Assembly: GCA_964252035.1 (NCBI GenBank)
Contig: OZ176201.1
DNA length: 64,000 bases
Direction: 5' to 3' (one strand)
DNA from: Podarcis erhardii
Taxonomy: Eukaryota
Part shown: positions 59,201 through 64,000 of the stretch, piece after piece
How positions within the stretch are numbered: position 1 is the first letter of the stretch
Layout: the number at the start of each line of letters is the position of its first letter
Translations under genes and position numbers: made by a program
The notes under the pieces: generated by a model
The model's input: only the letters and a program-made list of their open reading frames with translations
What the model was told of the DNA's origin: nothing
The model's database searches: none

Positions 59201-62200
59201 ACGAATTAAGTTCTTAACCTGAGGTACCCCTGTATAGCCAAGTGTGTCATCAACATCAGTACAAAACTGGGTGGGATTTATTCCTTAATTAACCTGAGGT
59301 ACCACTGTAGATGCATTATGCAGAATTGTAACCTTTCCTAGTGGAAGCAGTTTGGTTGGCTTCATGCTATTATAAGGGTTATATTATGGAGGGTTCATTC
59401 TGCTAACTCCTGCCTTCACAGGCCCACTAGTGAGCTTTACCAACCCTCTTCCATAAGCTTCCCCTGCATTCTCCCTATAACTCTAGGTTTGCCTCCTCCT
59501 CCTCCAGCCTTATTTTTTTTTTGCTAAAGTGAGCCAAGGAGTCTTACTTCCTGGCTCCAACTCTCCACCCCACTAGGCTACTCCCTCTTGGGAGTCTGTC
59601 TCCATGCTGCCATTTGATTCCCTTGGACCGTCTCTTGTTTATGGTGTGCCTGTTGCTGCTGCTCTCCATGTCTGGGCCTTGTATTGTAACTCAGGCTGGG
59701 ATTCCTTTCTAGGCTTCGCACAAAGTCACAGTCAGCAGCACAGAAATGGATCTGCCTCTGACTGTGACCCAGCGGACGTCCCCTCGGCTGATGACCCTCG
59801 ACCCTTTGCAGTTTGCAACGGAGCAGAATCTGCCTGCCTTTACATCCTACGTTGAGGCTGAGCGGGTGAACAGGTTTCTCCTTTTTGTTGGGACGAATGG
59901 TAGGTTTGGAGGGATTCAATGGACATGAATGGGAAAAGTGCCCACCAGAGAGCTTAGAGGCAAACCACTAGTGACCGCTGCAGTAGATTCCTGGCATTTA
60001 TATTCCAGTTCCTCCTGCACCATTTTACCCTAGGGTATACAACCTCAGTTTTATTTTAGGAATGCACCAAATCAAAACATTTTCAGCATGAAAAGTATGC
60101 TTCCAAGGGGGCTGAAATGATACACACCCAGCCAAAGCATATATTTTGGTGCTTGTTAACATATTTTGCTGCTTCAGTGCCATTTTCCCAAACCCTTTTG
60201 AGAGCTTATTTCCTAGTCGTTATGTGATCCCAGCCAATCAGGATTCACGTAGGGATGATAAATGGTGTCAAATAAGCAATCAGCTGTGGCTACAATGGTA
60301 AAATCAAGAAGGGCAAATGAAACTGCATTGCATTCTGAATGCTGAGCCCGTGGAAGAGAACAGGAAGGCGTGCCATATTATGTCAGAATGTGCAGACCTT
60401 TCACTTAGGTAACAGAAGGAATAGATACAGGGTTGCCAACATTCTTGGGCCCATGGGTAAGTCTGCAACAGAGAAATTATTGTGAGTCCCCTCCCCTCCT
60501 CTCCTGCAAACTATTCTATGGGCTCCAATAGAATGCTTCTTCTGAGCCTAATTTCAGTGCTGGGAGGGGAGGCTAGCTTGCAGACTGCAGAGAAGGCCTC
60601 TGTGAGCTGGGCACATGTGTCCTTTGGGGCCACACTGGTGATGCTTGGAAGAGATCATATTCTGATTAACAGCAGCAGTGTATAAGGCATATGATTGCAT
60701 CACACCCACACACCTGTATTTCCTTTGTAGGGGCCACACCTCCTCTAGAAGAGCCAACACTCTTTTGGCCCGTATTTCTGCATCCTCCCAGTTTCACAGC
60801 CTCTCAACAGGACTTTGCAGAAGCCAACACAGCTGGCTGGGAGGTGACAAGGCAGGACTTTGGGGGAGAGGATGGTTCCGTTACCTACCCACCGTCTACA
60901 GCCAAAGCAGAGGGGACAGAATCTATCTTGTGTCTTGGGGACCATAAGCCTGTTCTTGAAAACCAGGACACTCAGAGAGTGAGTAGCCAAGGATGGCATC
61001 TCCAGATGGACAGAGGGAATCTATTTCCTACAGTGCCATTTCATGTGGGTGTGGATGGGTGGGTATTGTCTTGCCGTTGTACATCAATACCGCTCCACAG
61101 ACCTGTTTTTCTCCTGCAGGTCTCCTGTGTTTCACCTTCTCCAACCCAGATATCTCCCTCAGAAGCCGCAACGGCCTTCCAGGATCCCCACCTTCACCTT
61201 GGCAATGCCCTCATTAACCTAGAGCTCTACAACACAGAGGCTTTTGCCAAGCAACTTGGACCTTTTGTCGTCTCAGCCAACAGCCTTGTCTTTGTGGAGG
61301 TAAAGCGGACGATGAATATACAAGAGCTGGCATTGGACGCAGCAGTTACACGCCAGAATCTTGTCCCTAAGTGATTCCTCCTCTGTCCAGAGATCTGGTG
61401 GTTTGCAGCACTCCCTGTCTCTCTCAGAGCCTCAAACAGGGCAGTTGACCTGCTTGTTGCTTTATGGGGGGGTGATAAACTTACACTGTAGCTCTCAAAG
61501 GGACGAAGTAACAGGGGTGATTTGCCATCACGTTTTACCAGCTTAGAAGGGCAACGTGCATCCCAGGGAAGGTCATGATTTTGTAAGCAAAACAGCAAGG
61601 AATAGACTTAGCAGATTTCATACTGCGGCCCAATTCAAGGTCCAACTTTATGGTTGGTTGGCAATGAAAAAATAGGTATAAAAAGACAATTCCTGGATGC
61701 CAAGAGCCAAGTTTGGGGCAAGTATTCTTTGGTGAGAGAACCCCAGCAGAAATTTAAAACAACAAACATCTAGCAAAGAAAAGCATGGAAATATAGGTTG
61801 TTATTCTTAGAATATGTCTTTCTAAGTTCCTTCCAAAATTCCCCTCTTCTCCTGGCACAGAAAATACCATGTGTGTGGCAAGTTCAAAATGGTTTACTTA
61901 CAGACTCTCCAATGATCAGATTCATGTGCTTTTCAGTGCAGCATTCAGAAAACGTTGGCAGCAAAACTGGCAGTTGTCTTTGCAGATGGTGTTTCCTTTT
62001 TCCTCCAGGCTTCCTTGGCAACCTATGACTCGTCTCTCAGCTTCACCATCCAGAAGTGCTTCATCTCTAGCTCCTCAGATGCTTCAGAGGCCTCAGTGTA
62101 TCTCCTGGTCCAGCATGGCTGTCCTGTGGCCGCCGCCCAAGTCAGGCTGTGGAAACCTGAGCTGCCAGGCCAGGCCCAGGCGTTGCCTCTGGGGTACCAG

Positions 62201-63722
62201 GAACGCCAGCGACTGAGCTTTGTGTTGAAGCCACAGTCCAATGCCTCCATCCACTTCTTGCACTGCCATCTGACGCTCTGCAGCAGGGGGTCTCAGGACT
62301 CCGTCAGACCCAAGGGCGCAATCCCCAAGGTCTCTGGCTCCCTGGGCTAGGGAACCCTGTCTTCTAGCAGCTATCTGAGGGCCTGATAGCGCTACTGCTT
62401 CAGAATAGGCTCTCCTGATTGGGGATGCTTATGGAGGAAACTGATATGCCACTGCAAGCTCTCCACTTGGCCCAGAGGTAGCCAAAATGGTGCCCTCTGC
62501 TCAATGAGGATGCTGGCTTCCCAATTCCCAGCACCTCAGCTAGCATGGCCATTGGCCAGGGGTGATGAAAATTGTAGTCAATTGGTATCTAGGGGGGGCA
62601 CCATGTTGGTTACCCCTTAGCTTATTATTATTGCCTCCTCTGAACAGCAATATCTCTCAAGTGTTTCAAGCAGAGGTCTTTCCTTTGATGTTTGACTGGG
62701 GGTTGAATGGGGGCCCCTCTGTGTGCTTTGCCCCTCAGCTATGACTGGCCCCTTCCAGAAATCCTTGGACCATCTCTGCTCTGAGGGTGGAAGGGGTGGT
62801 GCCTAAGAAAAGATGGAATAAAGAGGAAAGCGAAACCCCTTGGAGGGGTGAAAACCCTCTGGAATGGGTCTGTGCAAAAGAGCCCCCCAGTTAGCTGTAG
62901 AAATGAGCTGGCTGGGCTTATGGAGAAGCAGGTGGGATATAACTGGGCCAAGGCCTACCTCCCACTGTTGGGATGAGGCACTCTTCTGAGGCAGGTTTTT
63001 GTTTCAGTGTCAGTCTGAGAAGGAGGCCTGCAGGGGAGAAGAGGAGGCGGTCCCAAGCCGCTTCCAGCGCACCATCACAAAGCCTATGCTAGTGACTGTG
63101 GAGACTCCGCTCCGAGCTGCCTCTCCTGGCCCAAAACCAGGTACTTTCCTGTGGGTTCTAGATAGCAGCCAGGAGAGAGCAGTTGGCTTGAAGGCCTTGC
63201 AGTTCAGCACCCTGGCTCCATGCTGGAGAAAACTGTCCTGCAGAGTGAGTGAGGAACTGAAAGAAACTGATGGGGGAGTCCTGCTTGCTGGGGAGATGGA
63301 AGTGTCTCCTTGTGCATCTCTCCAGAGCAGAGGTGGTGGACCTGTAGCCCTCTAGATATTCTTGGACTCCAGCTCCCATCACCTCAAGCCATCATGGCCA
63401 ATGGCAAGGGATAATGGGGCTTGTAGTTCACCAGCATCTCCTACCCAGGAGATTGATGCCTTGGATCTCACCATGCTACAAGCCCAGACTTTGCCAATGG
63501 CATGTTCATCCTGAGTGAAGCAAAGTAGCAATGATGGGCAGTTATGCACTCATTTCTTTTCTCCCCCTTGCCACCCGGAGGCTATTTTCTTCAGACACTC
63601 CCTCAGATTATCTGTTCCTTCCTTGACTTTGGTGTCTTTTTCTGCAGCTAAGGTCCCAGACAAACAACAAGGAAAAGCACCAAAGGATGCAGCCCACAAG
63701 CGGAAGACTCAGGTAGTCCGAA
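53135..63722 (+). CDS. TGFBR3L: TGF-beta receptor type 3-like protein (betaglycan paralogue), first 12 coding exons (~669 aa); TM and cytoplasmic exons lie beyond the window
   Basis: Twelve phase-compatible exons colinear with TGFBR3 exons. ZP-C motifs GPFVVSANSLVFVEASLA, NASIHFLHCHLTLC, CQSEKEAC and TITKPMLVTV are closer to mammalian TGFBR3L than to TGFBR3 as recalled. Position directly downstream of MAP2K7 matches TGFBR3L. Confidence 0.85.
53586..53971 (+). mobile_element. Sauria SINE (full length, older subfamily)
   Basis: GGGACGTGGGTGGTGCTGTGGTCTAAACC head, (CCTTTA)n tail, 12-bp TSD TACTAGGGGTTT (53572-53583 / 53969-53980). Confidence 0.92.
54482..54838 (+). mobile_element. Sauria SINE (full length, lacertid-type)
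   Basis: GGGACGTGGGTGGCGCTGTGGGTTAAACC head with A/B boxes, GGGGTCCCTTTACCTTTACCTTTAC tail, 11-bp TSD TACAGCTCTCT (54469-54479 / 54837-54847). Confidence 0.95.
56205..56377 (+). CDS. TGFBR3L: TGFBR3L coding exon 2 (orphan domain)
   Basis: AARHHLACLPMSASTPHPVLGFWESLRKGTGCTSRGRSTLGQEVHVISL..., matching TGFBR3 LCELSPVSASHPV..SGCASRG..QEVHVLNL. Confidence 0.9.
56791..56910 (+). CDS. TGFBR3L: TGFBR3L coding exon 3 (orphan domain)
   Basis: VTLITLDPDPHDRGPIFVLYSQKPVRWVLLSPPGKNWTFQ, matching TGFBR3 VTLHL..VVFLLNSPHPLVW; phase 0-0. Confidence 0.85.
57055..57240 (-). mobile_element. MIR-like SINE
   Basis: CCCATTTTACAGATGGGGGAAATTGAGGCT...TTGCCTAAGGCCACCCAG, the inverted MIR core. Confidence 0.65.
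57342..57525 (+). CDS. TGFBR3L: TGFBR3L coding exon 4 (orphan domain); alternative GC donor would end it at 57510
   Basis: VSPGSNV...LLKWARREHGGVTSLAEYRGVNRIYTRLG, matching TGFBR3 VSEGSVV...LLNWARKEYGAVTSFTELKIARNIYIKVG. Confidence 0.85.
57989..58148 (+). CDS. TGFBR3L: TGFBR3L coding exon 5 (orphan domain)
   Basis: DRIAPATCRLSRNFLTPVHFASKCQLQPLRVC...EVHIIL, matching TGFBR3 DQVFPPKCNIGKNFLSLNY...GC...EVHIIEL. Confidence 0.9.
58706..58847 (+). CDS. TGFBR3L: TGFBR3L coding exon 6 (orphan domain)
   Basis: PTLAHLTVELHAVRRPPHWGLILILKSEGAAEWMVHTHRLTGRLHVL, matching TGFBR3 NLILILKCKKSVNWVIKSFDVKGSLKII. Confidence 0.88.
58991..59232. mobile_element. Tigger/pogo-like MITE
   Basis: TIR CAGTGGTACTTCAGGTTA / TTAACCTGAGGTACCCCTG followed by TA; internal CTTCAGGTTACAGAC repeats; extra right TIR at ~59289-59307. 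Confidence 0.8.
59713..59899 (+). CDS. TGFBR3L: TGFBR3L coding exon 7 (end of orphan domain)
   Basis: ASHKVTVSS...FTSYVEAERVNRFLLFVGTN, matching TGFBR3 APNSIGF...ITSYTMAPVANRFHLRL; phase 0-1. Confidence 0.85.
60731..60978 (+). CDS. TGFBR3L: TGFBR3L coding exon 8 (linker plus first ZP-N strand)
   Basis: Phase-1 acceptor TTTGTAG; GATPPLEEP...ESILCLGDHKPVLENQDTQR; donor AGA|GTGAGT, phase 0. Confidence 0.7.
61120..61299 (+). CDS. TGFBR3L: TGFBR3L coding exon 9 (start of ZP-C)
   Basis: VSC...GNALINLELYNTEAFAKQLGPFVVSANSLVFVE, matching TGFBR3 FNC...GNITFNMELYNTDLF...VYVE. Confidence 0.9.
62009..62329 (+). CDS. TGFBR3L: TGFBR3L coding exon 10 (ZP-C core)
   Basis: ASLATYDSSLSFTIQKCFIS...HGCP...LSFVLKPQSNASIHFLHCHLTLC...IPK; donor AAG|GTCTCT is weak. 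Confidence 0.88.
62472..62618. mobile_element. Short hAT-type palindromic MITE
   Basis: CAGAGGTAGCCAAAATGGTGCCC ... GGGCACCATGTTGGTTACCCC inverted termini. Confidence 0.6.
63008..63140 (+). CDS. TGFBR3L: TGFBR3L coding exon 11 (end of ZP-C / external hydrophobic patch)
   Basis: CQSEKEACRG...RTITKPMLVTVETP; donor CAG|GTACTT, phase 1. Confidence 0.88.
63648..63722 (+). CDS. TGFBR3L: TGFBR3L coding exon 12 (75 nt, juxtamembrane, phase 1-1)
   Basis: TTTTTCTGCAG acceptor; AKVPDKQQGKAPKDAAHKRKTQVVR; donor A|GTAAGT at 63723. Confidence 0.6.
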
Positions 63723-64000
63723 GTAAGTAAACATCCCCATGCTCTCTTGCTGGCCTTGTTTCCCAGGGATTTGGGGACTGAAATTGGTTTTAGACTGGAA
63801 TTCTACTCCTGGCTCGGGGGGGGGGGGGAGTGGAGTTGAGGATTCCTGCTGCTGTGGGCTGGAGCAAAATCTCTGATCCTCAGACTTTTTCATTCTGTAT
63901 TACCCCATTTTGGGCCCTGGCCCATCTCCCCTTCCTGGACAGAGAGTGAGAATGAATTTTTGTGCTCCTTCTCCACACATCCTCCCCATATCCCGCTTCT

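Noticed and set aside
59577-59712. Alternative upstream acceptor at 59576 for TGFBR3L exon 7
   Set aside because: It puts the exon in a non-homologous frame ending at a stop (59855); the 59713 acceptor gives the betaglycan-like frame.
53135-63722. Calling the gene TGFBR3 (betaglycan) because it has an orphan domain
   Set aside because: ZP-C motifs and MAP2K7 synteny favour TGFBR3L; ZP-N and GAG exons are missing.

Overview
Vertebrate genomic DNA from a squamate lizard, probably a lacertid, judged from Sauria SINEs, Squam-type SINEs, CR1/L2 fragments and hAT/Tc1-mariner MITEs. The window matches the mammalian LRRC8E-MAP2K7-TGFBR3L neighbourhood and carries three + strand genes. (1) An LRRC8D-like VRAC subunit paralogue: its pannexin-like pore domain is an intact 388-aa ORF (3803-4969), while its LRR domain has decayed through repeated frameshifts. 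(2) A complete 12-exon MAP2K7 (8970-35766, 439 aa including the 48-nt cassette exon). (3) The first 12 coding exons of a TGFBR3L orthologue (53135-63722, running off the window). Unlike mammalian TGFBR3L it keeps the whole betaglycan orphan domain, yet it has lost the ZP-N core and GAG-attachment exons. It is preceded by a cluster of SF-1/FOX/STAT motifs. Between MAP2K7 and TGFBR3L lies an unexplained, codon-biased minus-strand terminal exon (39472-39792) and a possible upstream partner exon (44759-44923). Joined, they weakly resemble leptin or another long-chain helical cytokine. All homology calls rest on my recollection of reference proteins and hand alignment; no database search was run.
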